The notes beneath the pieces were generated by a model. The model made no database searches. It was not told where the DNA came from and saw only the letters and a list, made by a program, of their open reading frames with translations. The position numbers and the translations under genes are program-made. Of a DNA stretch of 64,000 nucleotides, positions 45,719 through 59,000 are shown piece after piece (position 1 is the first letter of the stretch; every line of letters starts with the position of its first letter). This stretch comes from Takakia lepidozioides (lineage: Eukaryota > Plantae > Bryophyta): positions 23,188,001 through 23,252,000 of the forward strand of contig CM060732.1 of the NCBI GenBank assembly GCA_030704615.1, in the 5' to 3' direction.

Positions 45719-47575
45719 GGCTGCAGGTCTGTGCAGGATGCAGCAGCCAAGAGCGATGGTGAAGAAGAAGACGACGGAGAGAAGCAGAGCAAACACTTTC
45801 CAACCATCAGTCCCCACAAATGCGCCACAACCTACCCCGTCCTCCGTCCGCTGTGGACGCAGAGACCTCGTCTACGTCCTTTGGAAGGACGAATACGTCT
45901 ATTTCGTCCGGAACTGACGATAATATGCGACATGTCCGCCTGAACGATACCAAAACTTCAATGCGCATTTTCGCACGTCTTTTTGGGCCACTGCATCTTT
46001 TTTCACATTTTCGCACAGATCTAGGATTTTTTAAATTAATTAATTATTTTGCAAAAGGACAAGGCCAGGAATTACCAACTTAACTGTTTTCTATACCATT
46101 GCCATTTCTTGGATATATATATGTATAATCTTCTCGAAGATACGATTTGCTTATACATATGTGTATATATATGGCTCTCGGAGGTTATTTTTTTCTCTGG
46201 TTTCTCTTTTCTTCCACTAAAGTTTCCAGGACATCTGTCCCAGGCTGTTTTTCTGGGAGCGGACTCAGCCCCGTGTTGTTTTTCTCATTTTTCAAAAGTA
46301 GTGCGAGTGGCTATTTGTGTACTCTACCGAGCGCCCCAAGTGGCAAACAACATGAGCTGGCACCTCTAGAAATGTCGCTATATGAAAGATGGCAGGTTTT
46401 AAGAGGTCCACGTTGTCTGGCGACAACCTCTCGTTCATTTGGCAAAAATTGGAAAAAAAATGCTTTCATTTTCGTTTGGTAAGGTGGGAGCCCAAAATAA
46501 AAAGGAGCTTTTTGGCGAAAATTTCGCCAGCAATAAAAACGCTGGCGGAGCCAAGTTGATCAAATTAAAAAAAAAAAAAGACATTGTCTTAGGAATTGTT
46601 ATTAAGGCTTTGTTTTTGTATACATAGTAGAAGCTTAGATGCATAAGCCAAGCCTACCAACACTGGATAGATTCTTTCACTTACTGTAGCATACCGTTCA
46701 TCGCTGTACTTTGCAATGTCCTGAAGCATTATTGTGAGCAGACCAAAGTTCTAGTTCTGCCTGGCAATTGGGTTGGCGTTTTTTCCTCACTAATATGTGA
46801 GGTTTTAGTACTAATCTTTGAGCAAAACTGCAAACCCCAGCTCCTCTCATGTCTTTTTGCCCAACGCATAACTTACTTAGTCATACCCGCGTGAAGCTTC
46901 TTTCAAAGAGCGCGAGTGATTTATATTTTATGCAACTCGATAGAGCCCACCCCCAAAGGGAGCCGGGACTTTGGGGCCGGGAAGAGGCTCTTAGTTACAC
47001 TAACTTCAGTTGCTCTCATCTCTCTATCTTGAGGTTATTTTTCCCTTGCTCCTTTCTAGTACATAGTAATTCAAGTTCGCAGGCCCGGCCCGGCCACCGA
47101 AGTTGTCACTGCCCGGGCCTGTTCTTAAAATATATATATACATATATAACTATCTATATATATAGAGAGTGAATACGAAAGCAAAAGAAATGTGAGCGAG
47201 TGCGCCCGGGCTGTTTCCCTTTCAAAAACAAGACGAAAAGAGAAAGATAAGCAAAAGAAGGAGCGACTATATTGAGACTGGAGGGGCGTCGCCACCTTCT
47301 GTTTTGGGAGAGTTTCTCGGACGTTGCTTTTGCGCTGCGCCACAGTCTCGCCACAGTAGTAGTTCAAGAGACGGCCTCCACCTTCCTGTGAGTTTGATTC
47401 AGGACGGCAGTATACAATGGAGTCATCAGACGTTGTTTTCCGTCGCCTAGAAGGAAGGCAGCATAGGAAGAGAGAGAGGGAGGCAGTGAATCAGACAAGT
47501 AAGTAACCTCAATTAACGAAATTGAGGAGCCTTGGGAGTTGGGTCGAGGAGCGACAAGAGATAGAACGAGGAGAG

Positions 47576-50500
47576 ATGGATTGTGGGGGGCACTCGTTGC
47601 GATCGGGGCCCAGGGATCGCAAGAAGGTGACGTATTTCTATGATTCTGATATTGGTAGTTATTATTACGGGCATGGGCATCCCATGAAGCCACAGCGCAT
47701 CCAAATGACGCACTCACTGGTGGTCGGCTACGGACTTCACCAGAAGATGGAAGTTCGCAAGCCCATACTGGCAAAGGACACTGATCTCTGCCGCTTCCAT
47801 GCTGATGATTATGTGGCTTTCTTGCGGTCGGTAACGCCAGAAACACAAACTGAGCAGCAAAGGGCGTTGAAGAGGTTCAATGTAGGAGAAGATTGTCCTG
47901 TGTTTGACGGTCTCTACCGCTTCTGCCAAAGGTCCGCAGGGGGTTCGGTCGGGGCTGCTGTGATGCTCAACCACGAGCGTGCGGACATAGCCATCAACTG
48001 GGCAGGCGGGCTTCATCATGCCAAGAAGTGTGAGGCCTCAGGTTTCTGCTACATCAACGACGTAGTGCTCGCAATTCTGGAACTTCTCAAGTACAACGCT
48101 GTAAGTTCCTCTGCTTGACTGACTTGCCTTCGTGTCTCATGGCGGTTGTTCTTTCCATGCAAGCTTATTGCTAGGCTGCGAAGGCAGTTTTAGACTATGG
48201 GTACGTAAGGATTTGTAGTATGGCAGCGGTGATATTATACTCCGTAAGCATCATTCCTAGAATTGTAGCACCTCTGCTGATACGCATCACGTGGGGATGC
48301 TGCAGCGCGTTCTTTACATTGACATTGACATACACCATGGTGATGGCGTGGAGGAGGCCTTCTACACAACGGATCGGGTGATGACCGTCTCATTCCACAA
48401 ATTTGGGGACTATTTTCCAGGTACAGGAGACCTCAAAGATGTGGGCTACTCGAAGGGGAAGTACTACTCGCTCAATGTGCCGTTGAAAGACGGAATGGAC
48501 GACGAGAGCTACCAGTCGCTCTTCAAGCCAATCATGGCAAAGGTCATGGAGGTCTTCCAACCGGGGTCGGTAGTCCTACAGTGCGGGGCTGACTCTCTCA
48601 CGGGGGACCGGCTTGGTCGTTTCAATCTGTCTGTGAAGGGCCATGCAGAGTGTGTGCGATTTATGCGATCCTTCAATGTCCCGCTCTTGCTGGTTGGGGG
48701 TGGCGGCTACACATTGCGCAACGTGGCCCGGTGCTGGGCCTACGAGGTTTGCTTCACACCACCTCCGTCTTCTTCTGTGCTTAAACAGTAGGAATCAAGG
48801 CAGAATTCTGCCAGGAAGAGTGCGATTGTTACAATCTTCCAATCCCTCGGCAGGTTATGTTAATGGTCTGCTACATGTGAAAAGAACGACAGTGTTGTCT
48901 GGGAGAGGGGAAGAAAGGAGAAGGGTGATAAGAGAGTGAGTCACTACATGGCAATGACTCGAACATCTGAAAAATGACATAGAAAGATCTGTCAGAGCAG
49001 AACTTCGGATTACTACGAGTGCAACTTGGACAGGACTAAAAGCCCTTTCTGGCTCAGTATGATTCTCCAACTAGTCTGCACTACCCCATGGCAGGTGGCA
49101 TGCAGACTCTTGGGGGGTAGTGTCATGCTTAAGGCCTGAACCCTAAACCCTAGTGAAAATCCAGCCCAAGCCCTCTCTGCAGATTCTCTGTGTAACAAAC
49201 TTTCATCACTGCACCCCTGGCATTGGTCACTGGTTTTAAATGCGGTGTTGGGTCTTTGGTTTCTAGTGCTCTCTGCCTCTAAGGCAAGATAGTACCGCAC
49301 TGATGGGAGACATTGTGGGAATCATAGTAACCTCACCAATTTTTCCTCTGTCTATGAAGCCTCTACTTAACTGCCTGACATTTAGAATGAGTTGGCAGAA
49401 GAGTGTGCTGTTCTGTTTTGTTCAATCTGCGAGAGTGGAGATGGAGCACTCTTACACATTGGTGGTGTGGTTTGGGCTATGGCAGACAGCAGTGGCAGTG
49501 GGAGTGGAGTTAGATAACAAACTACCCTACAGTGCACACCATGAGAGTTATGGGCCTGAGCAATCCCTCCATATCCCTACCAGTAACATGGAAAACAAGA
49601 ATTCGCGGGTGCATCTTGATTTTATCAGGTGGGCTTCCTCACGACCTTTGATTGTTAGATGTATTGCTTGTTAGTGCACATGTGTCTACGATCCGTGACC
49701 TAGTGATCGACGCAAAATTCTTGACAAACATTGTTTAGGCTCTTCAATTCTCATCTCATCCATTCAGTTGCTACCAAAACTCACCTGACATCAATCTCTT
49801 CTGAAATCATGTTGGGTGCCTTAAATTCCCATCCTACGTCAAGAGTATTGGCACTGGAGGAAGCTGATGTAACAAGGCTATCCCCATGCTTGGAATTGCC
49901 TATACTGTAAGGCTTGGTTAGGTGACAATCCAATTTGGCATTGTCTACAAAAAAACTGAAGTTCCAAACTAACCAGATCACTCAGTTGGAGAAAAGTTGA
50001 AATTTCTGGCCCTCCTTGGGTGAATCTGTTTGGCTTTGTCTCAAGCTTCTAGAACTAAACAAAAGAATGTACAGTGACAATGTCACTGAAGCTTCGCAGA
50101 GGACCTATTGTTGAGCAGAAGAACTTGAACATTACAAGGGATTTCCTCATGCAATCAGGCCCACAGATCAGACTTGTTTAATGAAGATCTGGAAATGGTA
50201 GAGCAGGAAGAGCTCTTTAGGAAATAGGGTTAATTTTTCCGTGTCGTGTCTTGCAGGGCACGGCTGCTGGAAAATCTGTCGAAGTTACAGCATGTGCCCA
50301 GTGTGTCTTTCACCGAGCGACCCCAGGACACAAAGTTGGGTGATGATGTGAGCACCATAACCTCTCCTGTCAAGTTCATCTGAGGTCAATTGCAAATGAA
50401 CTCTGCACAATGCAGAGACAGATCAAGTTCTGCACTTACCTGGCATGTGTTGAGTGCAGGAGGAGGATGAGGAAATGGAAGCGCATGGCAAGGGACGCAT

Positions 50501-51280
50501 GTGGGATGGTGAGTTTTCAGACTCTGACTCAGAGGATAGTGAGCACAAACGCCACTACTCTGGGGTAGCTAGCGAAGTGGAGGACGAGGTGCGAGAAACT
50601 GCAGTGAGACTGAGAAAAACAAAAGAACAAGAGGTACCTGATACTTGCACTCATCACAGTGTTGATGATGGCCCCTTCTTCCTTACTGCATCCCATGATG
50701 TTATTGCATTGTGAAATCCTGTAGCCCCCATAGAGCTGGTGCCTGGTTTTGACACAGCAGGACACAGGAAGGAAAAGAACGACAGAACAGATTGCTGAAG
50801 GCTTGCTCAATTTGTGGGATGCTAGTTTAATTCTTTGACTAATCATCATGGGTCCTTAGCAAACTCACTGTATTATTCCTCCCTGAAAAGGAGCCCAACA
50901 ATACTTGGTCTATCGAGTATAAGGCATGTCCAAGAATGCCTTTCAAGAACTGGATTTTTGGTATAATACCACTTGACTGTTGAGCGACATGCCCATAAAC
51001 AAGACTTGAAGGTGGCAGGTTGGAGTGACTTGATCATTGTTAAATGGTGAGCCACAAAAGTAGCCTCCACTGTAGATGACAAAACAATAAAGTTGAATCC
51101 CTGCCTCTGTTAGGCGTAGCATCATCAATGATGAGTGATGTAGATGAATCCTGAGGAGTGATGCCATCCATGTTCATCATGGGCACATGCAATGGTCACT
51201 TGTGCGTGACTTGGCGTGTTTAGCCTGGTGCCTCGGAGGAAAAGCAAGTCATGAAAGTTGAAGGAACTGACAGATATTGA
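47576..51280 (+). CDS. Class I (RPD3-type, HDA6/HDA19-like) histone deacetylase; exons 47576-48100, 48306-48746, 49486-49628, 50257-50347, 50460-50633, probably 51224-51280
   Basis: [64 protein letters not shown]; acidic tail. The last exon is tentative. Confidence 0.93.
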
Positions 51281-53029
51281 CAGGCAGGATGCACTGTGAA
51301 AGAGCAAATTATCTATAAGGGTGATCACAGCAGGCGTCATCTATACCCCTCGATTTTAGATGATGACCAAAAGAGTGGCATTGTAAGGCTTGAACTGCAG
51401 GCTGAGAAGATATGGATGGGCAGCTCATGCAGAGTTGATACAGCACTCATCATTATCAAGAAGATCAGGGTTGAGATCGCCCCCAGGGGTTGTTGCAGGA
51501 CCAGTTTAGTTAACACCCCCCTGTAGTGAAGCCTGCAACAATTTCCACAGAGCACATCGTCAGGTTCTACCAGCGGGGAGAACAATATTGGTTTTTGGGC
51601 CCAGGCCCTCTGCTACTCCTGGCATCTTTTCTTCACCAGACTATGGCTCCCATTTTGCTCAGGGAGCCCACGACCTTCGCGGATAGTCATTTTCCAGCAA
51701 AGTCTCGTGTGCTGCCACCGCCATGATTTTCCTGTAATGCGAAATCCAGCAGTTAACCCTGAAGACATCTCTGCAACCGCCTTTGGAGGTCCTGGGATGC
51801 TCTGTCTCCACCGCTCAATGTTACAATCAAAGGGCCTCTCACAGACTGGGAAAAATCTTCTTTCCCCTGGTTCACTTCACTGATTGCCAAAGTCTTTGCG
51901 TTCCTTCATCAATATCATACCAACTGTCTGCGGATGTTGTAATCCCTGTGGCTCCTGTGACGGGGACATTGCCTCTCCATGCAGCAACCCTTGCACTTGA
52001 TCAGGGCCTTCACAATCTCTCCAATGAGGATATCTGTGTCTTTGGTTTCAAGCTATAGGTGATCATGACATTACAACAACGTGGTCTCCCATCTCTGTAA
52101 ATGTCAATCCTCAATTACCTGTTGTTATCTGAGCGCAGCATGCAGTCAGCAATGGTCTGGCTTGATGGCTCCAATTTATCAGGTCTTGCAGAAAACTCAT
52201 GTAACTAAACATTTTTTAATCTGCTAGAGGCATTATAGCTTCAGAGAATTTTGCAGGCCACAACGCATCCAGCAAGATAGCAAAGGCTCTTAATACTATG
52301 GTCAATGTAAAGAATCTAGACACTAATAGTAACCCATCCACACTGAGTCTACATCTATCCACACTGAGTCTAATCTTCGGATAATTGGTACTTGTTTAGG
52401 AAAATATATGAAAGGGCCTGAACAGGGAAATAAGCTAAGGTAACTAGGTATGAATGGAAACCCAGGTTGTCTTGGAATAGATTTCAAACCCTTCATGCAA
52501 ATGCAAATCATTCATTGAATGAATGTGAGTGGTTACCACTTCATGTTTTTTCTTCTGTTTTCAGAAAGCCCAGGTAACTTGACAGGGACTGGTTAAAACT
52601 CATGATTTTCAACCATAATCTCCTTTACACCCTAAACATACAAAATTGCATACAAAATGGGTATGGGTATCATTGTCGAGGTTTGACTTCATAACAATTC
52701 CATGTTGACAGGAACACTCCAAATTCGAGATGACCAAGATTAAACCACAATCTGCACCTCCATTCAAAATTGACAAATTCAAGGCCAAGGAGGAAGGCCA
52801 GCATTTAACTACATCATGGGCCAAGGGGATATTCACTAAATGGAGCACCACCTAAAATTGACTACATCCTTTCTCTACTCAGTACAACCGCTGGGTAGTA
52901 TAGTATGCCAAAATGATGTTGTTGCACAGAGCAGAAGCCATGGCGGTTGTTACAAAACAAATGGGTAAGCGACACAGATTGATAGTTCTAACATAAAATA
53001 TTGTACATGAATTTCTATTAACTCCGGGT

Positions 53030-56000
53030 TCAGGAGTTGCGATCCAGGGCAGCCTTACAAGAGACTATCACTTCTTGGAGCCTCTGGTTTAGTTCTCTAA
53101 GAGGGATGAGGTCATCCCGGTTGTCCGGAAAGAAAGAAAGAAAATGTCGCAGCTGTCCTGTCCAATCCTCTACAAACTTAAAACAGTGCTTTGGTGGGAT
53201 GGGGACATGATCCCCCTCTCGTGATTTTCGCGTAACTGGACTCTCAACTGTGCTGCTGTGAGGGTTGAGGGTCTTATCTGGACTCAAGTACAGCTTCATG
53301 CATGAGCCTAACTCTTCTTCCCTGTTCTCCTCAGAGAGCACCTGTGTGGCCAGAGAGGTGAATGAATGGCAGCTGTCCAAGCACAGCTGGAAGATCTGTG
53401 CAGCAAAAGAGCACCCCATAGTCTTAACCCTTCAGTAACACATTAATCTTGGGTGATGAAAATTAAGAAACTGCTCTTTGTGGTGATGTATTGACAATGT
53501 AGCTAGAAATTTAAAGCTTCGGGACAGTTCTACAGAAATTTCTTCTCCAATGACATACAAGTCCAGGATGACAACCTACTTTGACCACCCAACTACCCAT
53601 CAAATGAATACCCAAGCAAGGCAAGTGTTATGAAGCTATATCAAGTTACAGTTTCCACCATTATCCCTAAGAGAGATATTACTATTAAGCTTCTCCTAGC
53701 AATGACAAACAGATGCAGGAGGAAGGAAATATCAGAACCCTGAGATAAATGTTCTAAGCCATATGGGTGAACTGCTTCATGTGTCAGAAAAAACAATGGT
53801 GGCAAGAGTGCAAGCTGCCTTCGTAAGTGGCATAGTTATTCATTTAAGGAATCCAAAAAGACAAGGAAAACAGCAATGAGATAGAAATAAGGACCTGGCA
53901 ACGATAGAGAGCGCAATAGAGAAGCTTTGCGAGCTGCACAGTGGCCAACTCTAATGCAGCACCACCCCTGCACCACCTCTCCTTCAGACTGTAAAATACA
54001 AGCTCATCTGCATCCCCGCCCATGCCATTCAGGACCCTATCCAAGTTTGAAGATGTTGAGATGCATAGAGCTGGCGATATTCCAGTAGAGAGTTTACAGT
54101 TCATTGAAGACGTTACAAATGTAGTTCAAAATTTCCCAACAAAATGCTATCCTGAGGATCTATGGAAAACATATTTCATTTCAATCTCACTCTTAGAAGA
54201 GGGGGTCAAAGGCGGCCTCTGCAGTGGAATCCATACATTGCTGTACTGAGACTACTGCCACCAGTGGTCACATCACACCGAGTTTGCACAGTCCAGACAA
54301 AATATTACCCTACGGCCTTCAAGCAAAATGATCATGCACTCAATCATGGAAGATACATTCTCCCCACCTGTGAGGTACTGAAAGTCAAAAAACAGAGTGT
54401 CGTAGTCGTGTGAACCCTCTTCCCGAAGACAAAAGGACTCCAAGCACTTCTCAAGCATCTGGAATGTGTCCTGGCTGTGTGTGCTAAAACACTCCTGCTT
54501 CAAAAGCTTGCCCAATCCCGAACCTGCTTCCTTGTTACTTCTATAATCGCCTGTGGCACCAGATGTCTGCATGTCCAGTCTATGGCTTGGAGCTGATGTG
54601 TCTTGAAGCTCCACTAATAATCCGTTCATCAGGGAGTAGAAAGTGCTGAGAAAGCAAGTCATGGCTAGCTCAAGGCGCTCGAAAGGGTAAGATTTTTTGG
54701 GTCTGTTCATGCACAAACACCCAAACAAGAAGATGGCTATTACTAAACCATTTCTGCACCATTTCCTAGAGCTGTGTTTTGCAATCACCAGGTTTATAGA
54801 CCTATGTACTGGTGGCAGAGTCCCCCAGTAAGCTCTTTTATCTACATGTGATATTACCCTGACCAACATGGAGGATGCAATTTCAAACCCTCTTGGCTTC
54901 ATAACAATGTGAACATTTTACTCTCTAGAGGTTTAAACATAGTGTGGATCTGAAGCTCCAGTCCCCAAGGGTCAATTTGGAGGATATTCATCCACCTCAC
55001 TGGGAGCTGTGAGCGGTTGTTGGTAACAGATGTGACATTGGGTTCCACCGAGAACCCACTGCCGAAGGAATGCTTGACCCAGAACTATTTAAAGACTGTG
55101 GGCAAAAGAACAATCACGAGTCCTGGTAGCCACGTTGCCAGAAATCATGCTGTGCTCCACCACTTCATGGGTTGTTCAATGAAAGCACTGCCTTTGATAC
55201 TATCCTGATAAGACAGAAAAGAGGCCAATTGGGGGGGTAGCTTACCCTGGAGCAGCAAAAAAGTTGCGAAGTTGACCTGCAGTGATGCGTAAGCTGACTG
55301 TATACTTCTCCCCAGGATTGAAACGGTTGTAGACAGTGAAGTGCTCTTCTACATATTTCTGCTTCAAAATCATTTGCTGGTGAGCCCGCACTGTTTCTAA
55401 GTTGGGCCTCACTACAATCTGTTGACAGGCTTGACTAAGGAGTGAGCCTGACAGGGATGAGTCCCTTTGCAGGGGCATTCCAGTTGCCTGAGTAGTGCTG
55501 GCAGGAATGACCTGTGACTCGGAGAGATCTGTTTGGAAAAAGAGGGAATCGTTCTTTACCAAATACTCCAACTTTCGGTGTGAATATAAATTTTTAATCA
55601 CAATTGTCTGAAAGGGAGGGATCAACTCAAGATCGTCCTCTGTATGTAATTTGGCTGCTGCAGAAGGCTGTAATGGAATAGTTTGCAAAGTATCAGAAGG
55701 GTGCTCTGAGACTCCTGAATCTTCCGATAAAACAGCATAAGTGTGAGATGCCAGCTCAAGTGGAGCAGGCATCCCCTGCTGGACAACCGTAGTTCCCAGT
55801 AAAACCTCATTCTCAATGAATGGAGCATTGACAGGTGCCCCATCGAAGCTGTTATCTCCACCAATTGACATGGCGTCAGTCTCAGCCATTAGCCCATGGT
55901 GTGCACCCAGCCGCCGCGTGGAAAAGACTATGTCAGTTGAAGAGATTCCAATCTGGGGATAGCGACACTTGGCTTGGAAAGGTATACATCGCTGATAGTC

Positions 56001-59000
56001 CTGCACAAACCGACAATTGTCCATGTCAGCACAATCTTCCTCACAACTCTCTCAGAGGCCAGCAGTAGTGTCATGTTGGGATCACAGAACAACCGCTGGA
56101 GAGGGCCCCCACCAAAATTGTGAACTGACATCAAAATTCTTTGCCATGTCTGATTACACCTACCCTACAAGCACTAGCAAAAGATAACTTAGCACAGGAC
56201 AAAGAGCAAATAGTAACACCTTCACAAGCCGGCAGTTAACAAAAATAGTGGCCAACAGCTCATCACAAGTGTCTGTTACAAGCATCCCTGTTGGCAAACC
56301 TGGGCAGAAGTGGATCCACAGTCGGATACTGCATTGAATAGAAATTACCCAACCATCAGCCATTGCAGGATTCAAATAAATGGTGCCCCCTAAACTGAGT
56401 ATGACCATCCACGCACATATCTCTACTCCATGACCAACAGCTTTAGAGTTTCTGGTAATCCTCTGGAGACAACCCTGTGGTGCTATTGAGCAAAATTTTG
56501 ATACACGCTCTGTCCACTTGAATGCCCCATGTAGCAGTTATGGAGGTATAGCTTTCCCCTCTTCAATAAGTGCATGAGTCGATGGACATGAACCATGCAA
56601 GTAACAAATGAAGCTTGCCTGCTTTTGGCATCTATAGTCACAGAGCTGAAGCGCTTTAGAGATGTGTTTGAAAGGGAAAAGTTGAGCTCCGTGGAGTCGT
56701 TGTGGTCCAAGCTTGATGAGAGTAGAAACTCCATGGCTACCGCAGCCTCATTCACCACTACAAAAGAGCGATTTCGGTACCAGAAATTATAGTAGATTTC
56801 GCCCATGTCTATTACTGTCCCCTCTGACCTGAAACAATGCAACATGGCAGGGACCATTAAGAAGGGACCATTAAGAAGAAGGCTTAGCAAAGCCATCCTC
56901 TTTTCCTACCACTGACTAGAACTGGAAATTAGTGACATCTCATTCTGCCCACAGAGGCGGATCACTTGTCCAGAAGAAAAGGTGAAGCTACAAGGACCCT
57001 CCGCTGGAAAAGGCGCCACAATTATTTGGCCAGGTCAACAAAATGCCCATGCATAAGTTCTAGAAGCAGAGAAGGCAGCTTCATTGAGACTTAAACTCAT
57101 AACTTATCAAGACCTGAACTCCCCCTATAAACATGCAAATGAGTTAAGAGTTTCACATCAATTTCAGCAAAAGCCTGAGCCATGTAAGAGAATAGTATGA
57201 AACATCAAAAGCATCTCAAGACGGATCATACCTTTCTCCTTGCACCAAAATGTGAAAGAAAGAAAGAGATGGGGCTTCTGGGCGGACATTGCGGGGGGCC
57301 ACCACCTCCATGCTGAGATGCACTGTCTTTAAATCAGATGGGTTCTCTAGATTCTCCACAACAAGGTATGTTGAATACACCCCTGCCAGTCAAAGTCTGT
57401 CAGTGCAGTAGCAACTCGACCTTATAAGGAGTTAATTAAGGAGCTGCAAAGCGAAAATATGAAGTCCACATTCAAAGTACACTTTTGGTCCCTCCAATTA
57501 GCTCCTGATGGTGACAGCTGAGGGCAGGTTGTCTGTTCCACCAGACCCCTCCTCACAAAAGAAAATCTTCCAATGAAACAAAGGAGGCCACTGCACATTT
57601 CCAGTATCTGTAAGAGGTGGCCACCGTGAGATAGCTCTAACCAATTTCCCAGCGCCGTGTTAAGTGGCAATGAAACACAAAGAGAATCAGAATGGGGAGG
57701 CTTTTCTTCTTAAGTATACTTCAGGCCTTCCAATTTTCAACTAGAAGGATGATGCATAAAGAGACTTGCAAGAATGTTCAAACCCTAAAAACCTGGTTAG
57801 CATATGTAAAAAACCCCCAGGCTTGAGCACCATAAAGTGGGGCCATACTCACCCATTGCTTTGGTTGAGAAAGAAAGCTTCACTGTGTTTTGCTGTGACG
57901 CCTCCACAATCCCACCAGAACTGCTAATATTTAGCCAGCTTCCATCACCCTCGCTGATAGTGGACAAACGATAAGCTATCGGCCACTCCTGATCCCCAAC
58001 GAGAGTAAGGTTCCAATGCCGGTGACCACCAGATGAAATATTCTGCTGACCTAGATTGAACTCGTAACATAACGAGCTCCTGCTCACCGATGTACAACCC
58101 CGGAGACCAAGAATTGGGGGGGCTTGTTTTAAACACTTGTTGGCTCTGAGCAATTCCTCAATGGTTGCCTGATTACTGTTACTGGATGATAACATTTGCT
58201 TTTGCCTCTCAATGTCAGTATCTTCAGTGAGAAAGCTTTGGGAAAGAGTGGGCGGCTTAACTTGGACCTCAATCCTCTGACAGCTATCATGCTCCTCCAT
58301 ATCTTGTAAGAAAATGGCAGTGGTGAGGTGTTCACTTGCATCGTCTGAGCAGTGCTTCAAAAATGCCTCATGCATCTCTCTGGACCAGGGGAGAGGTTTG
58401 ACAACAATATCAATACTTCCATGAGGTGGCACCAAGCCTTGCTCAGGTTGAACCTCAACATAACGGAACGGGCAGCCAAAATCATCAGTCAAAATCTCCC
58501 TTTCCCATGACTTGAATTGTAGGTCATCGAAGGCCAAAAAGTTTTGGAGGATTACCCTCTGAGTAGTGCCAGACTTATCATGCCAAAAATCCCAGCTTCC
58601 CACTCGCCCACCTTTGTAATCTTTCTCCACAATAAGACTTGCCTTCACATTTGAGAAATCCACCGCTCTCTCTGAATCATCAGCAGTGTTGGGCTGATCC
58701 TTCTCTATGAACTTTGCCTGGTCAAAACATGGAAAACCATTCAATGAGAAAAAGAATTTTTTATTTTCTTTGTCTTCCGAAAAGTAATTACCATTCCCAA
58801 TCTAGCTATCCACCTCTCAAATAGAAAGGAAACCGCATTGCAATCTCTGAATCGGCAGCGTTCGGCTGATTCTCCTCTACAAACTTTCCTTGTCAAAGCA
58901 TGGAGAGCAATTCAATGAGGAATTCCTGCCTAGTCTTCCAAACAAGTGACTATCATTCCTGATCTAGCTATACACTTCTCAGATGCACACAACCTGTCAC

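Noticed and set aside
48291-48301. GTGGGGATGCT matching the Harbinger right TIR
   Set aside because: It sits at an HDAC splice acceptor, lacks a TTA/TAA TSD and would enclose intact host genes; coincidental.
19736-51280. SET protein + MTase-like genes + PHD + HDAC as an epigenetic gene cluster
   Set aside because: The SET protein is a plastid LSMT-like enzyme, the HDAC is an ordinary host gene separated by NHD1, and the PHD belongs to a retrotransposon; no evidence of functional clustering.
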